Below, in pieces: positions 1 through 12,479 of a stretch of DNA of 64,000 nucleotides. Positions within the stretch are counted from its first letter, which is position 1. Every line of letters starts with the position of its first letter. A program made the position numbers and the translations under genes. Origin of the DNA: Takakia lepidozioides (taxonomy: Eukaryota; Plantae; Bryophyta); NCBI GenBank assembly GCA_030704615.1, contig CM060733.1, forward strand, positions 9,734,001-9,798,000, read 5' to 3'. A model generated the notes under the pieces. That model saw nothing but the letters and a program-made list of their open reading frames with translations, was not told the DNA's origin and searched no databases.

Positions 1-169
1 GTTAGTCTATAGTGTCTTAGTAAGGTTATAACGTTGAGATCTTAGGTTCAAGTATGCATTGCATGATATATGTAGAACAATGAACATATCGTCATTAGAC
101 AGAACCGGAGTCAATGGTCAACAAGTTTTTGAAATTCAAATTTTTTCGCCTAAATTCAAATGTACCCCC

Positions 170-430
170 TTAAATTGCGACGTCGCACTTTGCACCCCCG
201 GACAGTGCTAATTTTGCAATGCAGAATAGGTTTTTTTTTTTTTTTTTGCGACGCCAGGGCGTCGCAAATCGCAGTTTCACCTCTTTGCGACCCTTATTGG
301 TCGCAAATTTGCGACATTTTTTGGCAACGGGCTTGCGACGCCCGGGCGTCGCAAATTTGGTTCTCCCCCCTGCCCGAAAATGGCTGTTTTACGACACCGC
401 GACGTGGGTGTGACGGGGCCTCGGCGTCAA
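170..430. repeat. GCGACGCC..GGCGTCGC palindromic motifs, probable hAT subterminal repeats
   Basis: gcgacgccagggcgtcgc (~248) and gcgacgcccgggcgtcgc (~335) plus partial copies upstream of the transposase. Confidence 0.5.
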
Positions 431-565
431 AAACCCCCATTTTCTTATAGTGTCTTGTGAGGCTTCAGATGTCCGGGGACAAGTGGGTTATGCCGGAGGA
501 CACCTGCTTCAACACCTCTTTGTATCCCTACACTTCAACAGAGTAGAGGATTACGGCAGCCTTCC

Positions 566-1277
566 ATGCAGGAAGGCCTTAACTTGTCTGCGAAAAGGCA
601 GTTGGATAAAAAATGGGCGCAGTTTTTCTTCGAGGCCAACATATTGTTTAATGTGGCAAGGCATCCGGCATTTGTTTCTACCGTTAGAGCAACCTCGGAG
701 TCCAAATCCACGTACGTGTTTTCTTCTTATCACAATCTTCGCACAAGATTGCTAAAAGACGTCATGACAGAGCTTACCCAGAAGATCAACGATAGGACGG
801 GCGAGTCTCTGAGAAAATATGGAAGCACTATATGTGCCAATGGATGGAGTTATGTTACAAACAGACCATTGTTCAATGTCATGCTCGTATGGCCAGCTGA
901 GAAACAGTTTTTGGGATCGGTAAACACTAGCGGCGAGAGGAAATATGGACGTTATCAATGTCAGCTATTGACGGACTTCATCGAACAGGTCGAAAGTGAT
1001 AGAATCGTGCAAATATGCATAGACAATGCCGCTAGCATGAGGAACACTGTAGACATATTATTGGCACGATATCCCCATATATACTACCAAGGTTGTGTAG
1101 CTCATATCCTTGAAGATTAGGAAAAAGAATAGTGGGTGAAACAACTTGTGCGGCGAGCGAAGACCGTTGTGTCGTTCATCCATACACACCACATCCCTTT
1201 GGCAATATATAGGAGGCGCATGAACCAAAATACAACCTCCGGAATCCAGGCGAAACCCGTTTTGTCACTAACTCTTT
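566..1277 (+). pseudogene. hAT transposase, 5' part (DUF659-like catalytic region), interrupted at 1278
   Basis: ORF 566-1120: WAQFFFEANILFNVARHPAF, STICANGWS, VQICIDNAASM, HIYYQGCVAH; continues past stops and a frameshift to NPGETRFVTNSF, matching hAT motifs (DGW, CxxH, TRF). Confidence 0.9.
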
Positions 1278-1427
1278 TGTCAAGTTAAATAAACACAGTG
1301 TGAAACTAACTAGAATAAAGCTAGTTATTTATATTTAACACTTGGATTTAGTTCAAGTGTTAAGTCAGGTGTCAAGTTTAGCTTGACACCTGAACCATCT
1401 TATCTTCACGAGAGTGTCAGTCGTGTG
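1278..1427 (+). repeat. Terminal direct repeat (LTR segment), copy 1
   Basis: tgtcaagttaaataaacacagtgtg...gtcagtcgtgtg, near-identical to 12976-13125. Confidence 0.95.
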
Positions 1428-2188
1428 GCTTATCTCTCTCGAGTTGAGCCTGCACGACCGAGCTCCTTCTCTGCTTAGAATCTGAGTGTGCTTATGAAGG
1501 GAGAATAGGATGTTGTGGGGTGGAGTCCCCATAGCTTGGGGTGCCCCTGGCTCGACTCTTAGTTTTAATGAGTGATTGTGTTGTATTGAGTGTTTCTGTG
1601 TCAACAGTGTGAATCTAGTTTCCAATCACTCAAGAGAGATCAGCTTGCATCTGTGAGTGCCAGAGGTGAGTTTAGTTTTAGCACTTGTGGTTTTTTGTTT
1701 GAAAGTGAGAGAAATGATTATCTGTGTTCAGGTAATCTTTAATTAGAAAGATGTCAAGTGCATCATCAACAGTAGAGTTCCAGTGCGGACTTTGTTCAAC
1801 TTTCTTCATTGTGCAGGCTCTGGCATTTTTTGCTCATGTGATCTGCCAACTCGTCAGCCGCAGCAGCAACGCATAGGAACACGAAGTCGGGGCGTTGTGC
1901 AGGTTACACTGGAGCTGAAATGGGGTTTTAGCATAACTTTGAGAACATGGAGGGATTCGGAGCAGACATGCTTTCTATGTTGGTTCAGCCTACCTTGCCT
2001 TTATACCAGGCACTCAATGGGAACGTAGTAGCTCCTTCGAACGTCTGGAATGTACGAGCCCTATTGTATTTGATGAGTTGAAACTGACTCAGTAGCAGTC
2101 ATCAATTGCAGATAGGTGTCACGAAAGGAGCAGGTTGCAGGCTGCAGCAAGCTCCAGATTGGAGCTGAAGGGGAAGGGCACCCACGTA

Positions 2189-2325
2189 AAGCAGAAATTG
2201 AAGAAACAATGGGCAGCGGAGATGAGGAGAAGCTGGCTGCGAACTTGAGGTTACTGCGAACAGGGGCGTTTTTTGCAGGGGCGGTTTTCCTCATGCGCAA
2301 CTTCGGTGATTTGATGGCAGCCTGA
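2189..2325 (+). pseudogene. TOM5: Captured fragment of mitochondrial import receptor subunit TOM5 (frameshifted)
   Basis: KQKLKKQWAAE / DEEKLAANLRLLRTGAFFAGAVFLMRNFGDLMAA* resembles plant TOM5 as recalled (EKMKALWHSEVHDEQKWAVNMKLLRALGMFAGGVVLMRSYGDLMGV). Confidence 0.8.
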
Positions 2326-2499
2326 GGTGGCTGGAAGCAGTGCTGGACGATGCACCGTAGAGCGGTAGCCATGAGGGCAGGCTATTGCTTCCTGCATGAA
2401 CGCAGGATTTTCCTCTCCGTGCCAGCAAGGTGATCAAATGTGCAGTGCAGATCGTGGTGTTCAAGGGAGACATGGTGACGATTAAGAAAGAGTAGCAGG

Positions 2500-3569
2500 G
2501 GAGAAGTGTGACGCGGGCTTTCAACGTTGTCGGTGCCCATCAGCTTGCGAATTGCTGCTTCGGCCTCTGCTTGTGGCTGCAGTGGGTTGAGATTCTTCAC
2601 CACTAGGGTGCCTGGTAAGCTTGTTGCCGATCGTTCCTAGCAGGACTTTGCTTGCCAGGTACAATGAGAGGTAGTCAGTGGACGCTGAGAGGTCAAATGC
2701 CTTTTCGACCTTCCCTTGCTTGGGCATGCCAGAGGCCATGTTGAGTACAAATGGGCGGTCGCCTTTTAAGAGGGCAAGGCCACCTGTGGCCGGGTGAAGT
2801 AACTCCACCTTGAGGAGGCCAATCCATGTCAAGCTCCCGTGCTTAGAGTATGCCGTGATGGGTGAGTACATCCTAGTTCCGAGTGGGATGTTCATAGAAT
2901 TGCTTGCGAGCCCTCAGTAGAGCTAGTTCTTTGGGCATCACGAAGTCGGTGTCAAGACGTATCAGGATGTGCGGGGGGACTGCCGAAATCCCAGAAACGG
3001 GATCAATTTTTGTGCCCTTTGGTAACTGGGTGAGAGGGTAGAGTTGGCACTCTCGTCCGTCTGGTCTGGTTGCGGGAAACAAGAGCTGTGGGACATGTGG
3101 GAACGCCTTTGGACAATTCTGCAAGTCGTAGATTTCAGGGGTGCTAAGACCCAGGCTTTGAAGCTCAAATCCCAAGCGTTCTTCTACAATGATAGGGAGC
3201 TGTGATTCAATGGCTTGTTGTTCGAGCGTTTCGTATTCCAGCTAGAGTTGGGGGAGACCTGGTATGCTTGATGTTGCTACTGATTTCGGAATGGCTGCTG
3301 TCTGTCTCACTGTTGAAGGCATCCGACTGGCGCTTTGAACTTATGTTGAGCGTCATCAAGTCCACAGGGGATGTGAGTTTTGTGGGCAGGGGGGTTCGCC
3401 GCTTCGTGGGAGTAGCTGCCGCCGGTGGAGGTGCAATGTCGTCATTATTGGGCGTGCCTTGGACTTGCGTTTTTGGGGGGCTTTGTGTGGAGCGAGTCTG
3501 ATATGCTTCTTCTGTAGCGAAGAAGAGCTCGTCGAAGGAGTTCATTGTGCTTCCCTGAGGCATGTGCAC
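2500..3569 (-). pseudogene. Degenerate reading frame, possibly TE-derived (LINE ORF1-like), frameshifted
   Basis: Consecutive minus-strand ORFs 3207-3569, 2873-3175, 2521-2895 and 2382-2603 appear to form one broken protein ending in an RRM-like VKNLNP segment; family assignment is weak. Confidence 0.4.
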
Positions 3570-4117
3570 GTCAAATGTGGCATGGAAGGATGTGCTAGCT
3601 GGCGTGGATGCGAAGGATCACAGCCCCGGAGTCGGCATAGCTACAGATCTTGGCTGGAGCAGAGCAGTTCACTGGTGTATGTTTGAAACACCTATAGGTG
3701 AAATCCAGGGAATTTGTGAGAACTACATGGACGTGTTGGGAACGCGTAGATGACTTGGGAGCAGTTTTTAATGGCGAGAACGTTTTGGTGTTTTAAAAAA
3801 AAAAACAAAAAAACCCTTTTGATCTAATTTAAATGGTTTAGAGCCTAATTGGTCATATCTTTGTCAAATGGACTCCGTTTGACTCAGTTTTGGGGGGGAT
3901 AGTTGTAGAAAGGGGAAATCTACCTATCTAGACGTGGTTTTAGTTTTTTGGACTCTGCTAAAAATCTATGGAATTTTTTGAGTGTGAATGTGCTATGAAA
4001 TATCCATAATTCTGTTTCTAGAACCTGTTGTGGTCTACATGAGAGACAAATCTGGGGTCCTCCTTGTATGGCTGGGGGAAATGAGGACGTAATTGAAGGG
4101 CAGGTCTCTTCTCTTTT

Positions 4118-4788
4118 GTGTGCATACAAGGGGACAAGATTTATGTTTCTCAAGGAACTCAGACTGATTTGAGTGGGGAGCAGTTGGACAAATTGATTGC
4201 ATACTGGGAGTCAGGCATTAGCAATAGACAACAAACTGCTGTAGTTGGCGTTGCGGGCCTCAATATGCTTTGGACAGTCAGAACTCTGTTGGAGCGAGCA
4301 GTTCTACAGCTGTAGGTGAAATATCAAAGTGGGTGGAATCTAGGCTTAGAACACAGCCAAAGACAGCCCCGGGGACCAAGGTGTTCAGCCACAAGGCCGT
4401 GGTGTACTGGAGCAAAGGAGCAGGAGCTACACAAGTTTTTGCAATCAGACATGGTTGCAGCCGGACACGCTCTGCACAAGGCAACCACGAGCGGGGGTTC
4501 ATTAGCAATGACAAGTTTGTTCTGCTTGAAAGAGATGCAGTCATTCGCAATGAGGACACTCGCAACCGTCTCAAAGCTTTCGAGTTGAGAGACTGTCAGA
4601 CCCTACCTTTATTTTCTTTAGTATTCAGTGAGCGGGAGATAGGGAAGTATTGCTTTATCTCTACCTGGCAGAAAGAGGAGGAGGGTTGGTTAGAGCGAGC
4701 TACTGTAGCTTGGGACAAGGTTAGTGGCAGGTTTCTGGACATAGATATACCTCCTACATCTACCATCATGCAGAGCAAGGCACTTTGA
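4118..4788 (+). pseudogene. Unknown protein fragment with weak homeodomain-like N-terminus
   Basis: LSGEQLDKLIAYWESG ... EISKWVESRLR spans two overlapping ORFs (4118-4315, 4270-4788). Confidence 0.3.
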
Positions 4789-5449
4789 GAGAAGTCTGGC
4801 AATTGATAGCATAGATCATGATTAGATCTTGCTTGGTCGGGCCTCTATTCTTCCCCTCCCTCTCTTTACTATTTTCATTACTTTATACTTGTAGTTGTCA
4901 AAGCCTCTCTTGGTAGAGGCCAGTCAGTCCGGGGTTTTTGGGCTGGGATATTCTGCAGGATCAGCATTGCAGATGGATTTTGGTGTGGGGGTGTTGATGT
5001 TTAGATTTCTTGTGTTTGGATCCCCCCCAACACCTGCATGCTTGACTGTGCGTCATGTTGGTTTTGTGTGGGCGCTTGCTTTCATAGGGATTAGGCCGGA
5101 TTTGATCACCGGTCAATCCTAGAGTATGCTGTCGGTGGTGAGGCTGGGAGTGATGACCAGCAAGACCACCAGTGTTTCTTCTATGGTGAGGCTGGGTTGA
5201 TGACCAGCCAACCATAGGAGTTCTTGCGGTGGATGCAGGTGCAGGGTCCTTAGCCACTGGGATATGACCCTTAATCCGCAACAGGTGCTCACCCGTGTCA
5301 CTATTAGAATTAGTACTATAGCCTTATAGTGTCACGTGGGGGAGGTGAGTGTCACCACGGAGTTACCCAAGGGTTTTGAGGGAATACAGCTACAGGCAGT
5401 AGCAGTGAGAGTGGGTTCACCAGACAAGGTGTTTGTTTCAGACCACCTT

Positions 5450-6880
5450 CACCTCCACCCTCAACTAGTGCAGAGTCAGACACAGATTCGGAGGCTTCAT
5501 CAACAGGTGTGCAGTTTCCTTCGCCATTGTTGTGGGACGACATGGAGGAGATGTATGGAGCTACCAAGGGGCCTCGTAGGTACTCTGGAGCTGTGGGCAC
5601 AATCGAGCTGGATGACTTTATCCAGGAGTTTGACAGCTAGTGTGATTTGCAGCAGATGCGCAATCCACAGCTGTTCACCCCATTCATGGCGTGGAAGGGA
5701 CTGTTCTAGCATTTGGAAGGCCCGCCTATGAACGATTACCATGAGTTCAAGCGAGGACATGAAGCAGAGATTGAGGAGTGGAGGATGTATTGGTCACCTG
5801 ACTACGTCTCCATTACTCGAGACACGACGCAACCAGTAGCTGCATCAGCACCAATATCTCCCACTGCCAGCACTAATAGTGGAACAAGTAGTGCCAGTAC
5901 TTCTGCAAGTGGTACCAGTTCAAAAGGTGCTACTACTCCTCATGCCACGACTACAACACATGTGCCTAGATTCAACCCGGTGGTGGAGTTCTTCCAGGAG
6001 TTGCGGACGAACTACCAAGGCGTACGGACAGAGAAGCTGCGAAGTTTGTAAGACTTCCAGTGCAAATCCAGTGAGAGCTTGCGAGAGGCCTACACTCGTA
6101 TGAGGCACTTGATAAATGTGATCCAAGGGGTTACTGAAGCTCAGACAGTCCAGTTCTGGTATGGAATTTTGGACAAGGAGCTCAGGAGAAGGGTGCGGGA
6201 TGCAACCCTGTTACAAACGGCCCAACCCACATTAGCAGATGTGTTTCTGCTGGCTGAGCGGATTGAGCTCACATGATGGAGGAGGAGTTTGTTACCATTG
6301 GATTTGGCAAGGACATGCCTGCACGAGACGCAGCTGCCAGCCAATAGGTACAAGGGACTGCCCAACAGCGTGGTCAAGGGGGCAAGGTTGCCCAACCCAA
6401 ATTCCATGGAGCTTACAGGGGACCTCAGGTGCAGAGGCCAGTAGCTTCTTTTGCAAGCCAACAGCAACCAGGGGTGGTATGTTGGACATGTGGAGGATCC
6501 CATGTCAAGGAAGATTGCCCAGAGAGTGGCAAAAGGCCGGCACAAGCACAGCCTGCACAGTTGCAGTGTGGGCATTGTGGCAAGTATGGGCATGGATATG
6601 CCCAGTGTTATGACTTGCACCTGAGTTGCGGCAAGGCCAGTTCCAAGGGAACAATGGTGGTGGCAAGTTTTGGAGCACCTCAAAGAGGACGAGGTGGTCA
6701 GGCACGAGGTGTAGGATGAGGGCAAGCACAGTATGGCCAAGGACGTGGAGGTCAGGGAGTTGACCAAGGCATGGCCAACCGGCTTCAACAACTAGAGCAA
6801 AGGTTTGCTGCCATGGCCACAGCTCAGGTGGTACCAGCTCCAAGACTTGAGGGTCCACCTCATGTTCCTCCTCAGTAGCG
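5450..6880 (+). pseudogene. gag: Gag (capsid plus two zinc knuckles), frameshifted
   Basis: ESLREAYTRMRHLI...QFWYGILDKELRRRV; CWTCGGSHVKEDC and CGHCGKYGHGYAQC. Confidence 0.85.
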
Positions 6881-6899
6881 TCATCCTGACGGATAAGAC

Positions 6900-8162
6900 A
6901 TGGGAGGCATGGGATTTATGTGTGGGGCAGCACTACCACTAGTGCAGGTGGAGTCTGCTGCAGCCGTCACTCGAGGAGCAGCACGAGTTCCTAAGCCACG
7001 AGGTACAGAGGTGGAGTTAGATCCACAGCGTGGGGAGGCAAGCCGTCAGGCTAGGTTGCCTCAATCATTCATCTTGGGGGAGACAGTGTCGACGACATCC
7101 GTGCCACCTAGTTCTCGCCCGACAGATATAGAGGCCGTTATTGTGCAATGGGGGAGAGCTACACGTGCAGCACTGACACCTGCTGCCAAGGCTAGTGCAG
7201 CCAGTGTGTTGTTGGGGGCAGCCACCTCTGTGTGTCAGGCCCCACTGTTCTCGACAACCATGATCGCGACGCTGGGGGTAAGACCAGCTGCAGTGTTCAG
7301 ACTAGCAGCAACACTCTGCGAGAGTGGGGAGGTCACTTCATCTTCTGCAGAGTTAGTGGAGGGTGTAGTGGCAGAGGGATCCTCGGATTTGAGGATCAAG
7401 ACTGCCACGGCTGCGCCATGGCAAGCTGCAGCTGTTAGGTTGACGGAGTTGCCAGCTAGGCCAGCCTTTGAGCGCACCATGGTGACACCTGGAGTTGTCT
7501 TGTTAGACAACCAGGATGGCATTTTCTCTTTGAGTGGACCGGCAGGCAAGAGGTACCGGCCATTGCGGGTCTTGTTGGATTCGGGAGCTCAGCCACTGAT
7601 GTTGGGCAGAGTTGCTATTGCAGGTTTGGGCCTCATGGAGGCGGATATGGAGCCTTGTCCTTTCCAGATACAGACATCTCTGGGAGGATCAGAGCAGGCT
7701 CGGGGCATGACACGGCGTGAGTTGGCCATTAGACTACAGCCGGATCATCCTATAGATGGCTCAGTGATGCGAGCCAAGGCCATTGTGACAGATGCGATCT
7801 CTTACGATGTCCTCGTTGGTGGGGCAGTGTTATATCCCATGGGCTTCACCCTGGATTTTTGGGAGGAGTCAGCATCCTACAGCCTTGGATGGCAGTCAGG
7901 GGATGGACGTCGTGTACAACTCCCTGTGACATTCATTGGGGGTGTTGCTGCTGCCCAGCAAGGCAAGATGCCAACACTAGCAGCCTTCACAGCTGCAGTT
8001 AGTTGGCCTGGAGAGTTGCTAGAGGGCAATGCCCATGCAGAGGATGTGCCACCTCCAGCAGAGCAGGATGACATGCATGGTACGGCGGAGTTGTCTGCCA
8101 TGGTTGTTCACACTCCATTGTGGGGTACGAGCAAGGATTTGCAGCAGGCTGCTGATAGATAG
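6900..8162 (+). CDS. Pol N-terminus with retroviral aspartic protease
   Basis: RVLLDSGAQPLMLG active site; YDVLVGG second motif. Confidence 0.85.
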   Translation: MGGMGFMCGAALPLVQVESAAAVTRGAARVPKPRGTEVELDPQRGEASRQARLPQSFILGETVSTTSVPPSSRPTDIEAVIVQWGRATRAALTPAAKASAASVLLGAATSVCQAPLFSTTMIATLGVRPAAVFRLAATLCESGEVTSSSAELVEGVVAEGSSDLRIKTATAAPWQAAAVRLTELPARPAFERTMVTPGVVLLDNQDGIFSLSGPAGKRYRPLRVLLDSGAQPLMLGRVAIAGLGLMEADMEPCPFQIQTSLGGSEQARGMTRRELAIRLQPDHPIDGSVMRAKAIVTDAISYDVLVGGAVLYPMGFTLDFWEESASYSLGWQSGDGRRVQLPVTFIGGVAAAQQGKMPTLAAFTAAVSWPGELLEGNAHAEDVPPPAEQDDMHGTAELSAMVVHTPLWGTSKDLQQAADR

Positions 8163-8212
8163 GTACAACGTGGGTAGAGGCCTTCGTACCGTCAGGAGAG
8201 GATGAGAGTGCG

Positions 8213-9230
8213 GTGATTGCACCAGGACCACCTCAGTTGTCGCCATTGGACACCACACCTTTTGTGTGGCAGTGCCCAAATGAAAGCATATGCCTTCTGG
8301 ACTATTTTGGCGGGATCAGCACTGGATTGGCTGCAGTGTTGCAGGCAGGTGTACGAGTTCGACGTTACCTGTATATGAAGAGGGATGAGACTGCACGACG
8401 CGTCTCACTGCGCCATGTTGCTCAATTGGTGCAGCAGTACCCTGATTTGTTGCCAGTGTCTGCAGTTCGTGGATACCAACCAGCATTGCTAGCAAACATC
8501 TCTTTGCTGGGGGCGCATGGTTTGGAGCGGGTTGACCCTATTCACTTAGTAGTGGCAGGTTGGCCCTGCCAAGGGCATTCATCAGTTGGGCATGGCAATG
8601 GGTTACACGACTCAAGGTCACACCTGTTTTGGGAAATGTTGAGGGTCCTACGCTATTTACAAGTTCAGCAGACAGACTCTCCAACATATATCTTGGAGAA
8701 TGTGCCATGTGATGTTGCTCGGGCCAAGGTGATGGCCAGTGTGCATCAAGTGCGGTCTTGGCTTGGGTTAGCAGTGTTGCTGGATTGCAGCTGCAATGGG
8801 TCACGGGCTCATCGCCACAACTATGGTGGACCAACTTGATGCCACCTGCACTGCTCAAGCGTGCATTTGATGGGGTGCAGCGGCCACCACACCTGACGGT
8901 GGATAGCATTTTGGACATAGGGAGACAGTCTCAGCGTGTGAGACACGATGATCGATCACCTTTGGCAATGGTCAATAAGGTGGGTCACCCACGAGCCGCA
9001 TGCCTACACTGCTCAGTTTTCCAGGATCCCATGCTTTTCGGGATGGTGGACTTGGCCTTTGGGGATAGCCAGTTGCACCAATTAGTGGAGCCCAATGCTG
9101 ACGAGCGCGGACGGGCGATGGGGTTTACCACTGGTACCACGGCGGTTGCCATCTCTTTCTGACGGCATCACGTCGTCAGGTGTTGGGGCAAGCAATGGAT
9201 CTCAATTGCTTGACTGGATTATCAGCTTGG
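8213..9230 (+). pseudogene. C5-cytosine DNA methyltransferase domain within pol (frameshifted)
   Basis: Motif I LLDYFGGISTG, motif IV VVAGWPCQGHS (catalytic PC), motif VI YILENV, motif VIII SRAHR, then LWWTNL and motif IX/X-like EPNADERGRAMGF...RRQVLGQAMDLNCL in shifted frames. Confidence 0.92.
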
Positions 9231-9689
9231 CTATTGCTGAGCAGCGCCGATACGGAGGACACTTCCCTTGATGGTCTTCGCTACCGAGACGGTACAGCAG
9301 CAGCGAGGGGGCGAACAGGTGAGGACCACAAGGTGCAGGCCGCTCCATGGCACCAGTGAAGGTGCTGCGAGGTTCAAAGGAAAAGTTGGCAGCCAAGGCG
9401 GCCGTGATGATGAGGTTGGGGATTTTCTTCGGGTGATTGAGGTCCTCAAGGATGGGATGATGGGGCAGGATGAGACATTGTCACTGACAGAGCAGGCAAG
9501 GGTCACTACTCAAGAGGTTGCAGCATAGCAACCACGGGACGCGTCTTCTACCTCTAAGCCTGTTGGACTCAAGGTTGCAGTCACGGAGGACAAATGGGAG
9601 CCCGATGTTGGACCCATAGTCACCGGAGGAGAGAGACGACGTATACGACGGTTCTTGAGGGCTTACCAGAACTATTTTGCCTTCAGTTT

Positions 9690-10400
9690 GAAGGACTTGA
9701 GATTCGCATTGAATTGGCTACTGACACGCCAATCTTTCGGAGACCCTATAGGTACAGTGACATGGAGAGGTCCTTGATTCAGATGAGAACTCAGGACCTT
9801 TGGGAGGCTGGTTAGGTCGAGCTATCTGGGGGAGAGTATGCTTCAGCCACAATGATGCTAGCCAAGAAGGATGTCTATGGCAATTGGACGGAGAGACGTA
9901 TGTGCAGTGATTACCGGCCTGTAAATCGTCAGACCAAGTCCGATAGGTATGCCATGCCGACACCAGAGGAGATCTTTGATGCCATTGGGCATGCCAAGGT
10001 CTTTAGCACTTTGGATTTACGATCCGGATATCATCAGTTGCCGATCAAAGAGGCGGATAAGCCGAAGACGGCATTTTGGGGGATCAATGAGCACGGGAAG
10101 GATTGCCTATACCAGTGGCGGTTCTTACCATTTGGGCTTAAGAACGCTCCGGCAAAGTTTCAGAGAGTCATGAACAGGATTCTAGCAGGGGTGGAGTTTG
10201 CTCGGTGCTACATAGATGACATCATCATCTTTAGTGCTACGGTGGAGGAGCATGAGAGACATCTTCAGGCGGTATTTGAGCGCTTGAGGGCGCACGGATT
10301 GAAGTTACATCCGAGGAAGTGCAAGTTTTTCCACAACCAAATTGAGTATCTGGGTCACATGATATATCCTGGAGGATTGGGGTACAGCAGACTAAGGTAG
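9690..10400 (+). pseudogene. Reverse transcriptase
   Basis: RMCSDYRPVN, FSTLDLRSGYHQ, LPFGLKNAP, CYIDDIII, YLGH. Confidence 0.97.
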
Positions 10401-10453
10401 AGTCCATTGCACAGATTCCACGCCCCACGGATGTGAGCCGAGTTTGAGCTTTC

Positions 10454-11000
10454 ATGGGGTTAGCAAACTATTATAGACGGTTTGTTAAGGGATTTAGTGC
10501 CATTGCAAAGGCTCTAACCAAACTGACCAAGGTGGACCAAGAGTGGCAGTGGGACGATGAGCAAGAACAAGTTTTTCAAGAGCTCAAGGCGAGGTTGACC
10601 TCGGCGCCTATCTTGAGACGACCTATCAGGGGGCGTCCTTTTCAGCTGCATACAGATTGGAGCATGGGGCTTGGAGCGGTGCTCACACAGGTGGATGATG
10701 AGGGAAGAGAGTTCGTAGGCTTATGCTAGCCGCTTGAACAACGCTACAGAGACTAAGTATAGCTCATATGAGGGAGAATGCTTAGCTGCAGTGTGGGCCG
10801 TGGCACACTTCAGGTGCTATCTATACGGCAACATCTTCACCCTTGTCACGGATCACCAACCACTTAAGTGGTTGATGGAGTCAGACAAGCTTACGGGGAA
10901 GCTTGCACGGTGGGCACTCATCCTTCAAGAGTATGACTTTCAGGTTGTGCATCGACCGGGTTTGGTCAATCGGGATGTAGATGGGTTGAGTCGCAATCCA
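10454..11000 (+). pseudogene. RT connection and RNase H
   Basis: GLANYYRRFV, FQLHTDWS, YSSYEGECLA, VTDHQPL, DVDGLSR. Confidence 0.95.
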
Positions 11001-11339
11001 TGCACGAGCCAGCAGGATGACACTGGAGCTCGGTGGCATGGTGAGACGGACGAGGAGATGGGTGCCGGATGGCATGCATCTGCATTTCTGTGTATCTTGG
11101 CAGCGGAAGGCCAGGTTGGACCTGCAACAGGGATGACTGTAGATCAAGTGTCTGAGGACCCTGAGGCCAGCAATGAGCAAGGTGGCGCCAAAGATATAGA
11201 TGAGGATTTAGCTGTGTTGGACTACCTCCGCACTGGAGACACGGCAGCCACTGTGACTGCCAAGGAGAGGGATCGGATCCTACAACGAGCCAAGAGGTTC
11301 AAGTGGGAGGGGACACACCTGCTTCGAGTGTGGGAGGAT

Positions 11340-12438
11340 GGTCAAGTGAGGATTGTGCCTCACCCAACACAGTGGGCACGGTTAGTGCGGCATGCCTATG
11401 AGGAGTTGGGCATTTTGGGGTGCGACGCACTCATAGTCTACTGCAGGGGCAGTATTGTGGTGTGGTATGCACACAGAGGTGCAACAATTTGTGGCTAGGT
11501 GCATGGTGTGTGACAGGGTGCGTGCTTCATTCAACGCCCCTACTCCACAATTGCATCCTCTTCCGATCATGGGATTGGGCTACAGGTGGAGTCTTGACTT
11601 TGCAGGGCCGTTGTCATTGACCATGCGTCACAACAAGTACGTGTTGGTGATGGTGGAGCACTTTTCCAAGTGGATCGAGTTGGTTCCATTGCCTGATAAG
11701 GCTAGTGAGGGAGCTGCGTATGTATTCTTGGATTGTGTACTTAGCCGATTTGGGTGCTCCAGCTGAGGTACTCACGGACCAAGGGAGAGAGTTTGGGGAG
11801 TTTCAGGCGTTGTGTGACAAGGCCTTGGTAGACCACCGCACCACTCTCGGGATCATCCTGAGGCCGATGGCTTGGCAGAGATGGTTGTTCAGACAGTGAA
11901 GAGGGGTTTGCGCAAGTATGGCTTGCAGAAGGGACACCTAGTAGATTGGGACCTTCAGTTACCTTGGTTAGCCATGGGCTACAGGTTCAGCAAGCAAGCA
12001 TCACTTGCCTCCTTCTCACCATACTTTCTTCTCTTTGGCGAGAGCCGGATTTGTGCATCCATTCGTAGAGAAGCTGCTACAGTTCTCAACCTTGACGATC
12101 CGGACATGTGGGCACGTGCATGTGATCAGCGTGCAGAGTTGTTCAAGAAAGTCATGCCCATGGCTTTCGAGAACCTTGCCATTGCACAACATCGTGATAC
12201 GTTGAGGTATGCTACCATACGTGGTGGGGGCTATCGTCCTGGGGTTCGGAGATTTAACCCTGGTGACTATGTTTATCTGCAGCAGACTGCTCCTACGACC
12301 TTGGATGTGACTGCAGGACGTACTATTTTGAGGGTTCGAGAGGTGTTGCCCTCAGGAGTCCTGATCTTGGAGGGTCGGGATGGCATGATTTGGAAAGACC
12401 ATGTGCATAATTGCGCCATGTCACCTTCCAAATGTTGA
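11340..12438 (+). pseudogene. Integrase (HHCC plus DDE core)
   Basis: CMVCDR, WSLDFAGP, VEHFSKW, VLTDQGREF, AEMVVQTVKR. Confidence 0.95.
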
Positions 12439-12479
12439 TGGAAGGGTTGACCCAAACTTGGCAGTGGTACCTGCAAGTT

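Noticed and set aside
8213-9230. Bacterial restriction-modification methylase or contamination
   Set aside because: It is embedded collinearly in a Gypsy pol between PR and RT, with no restriction gene or operon context.
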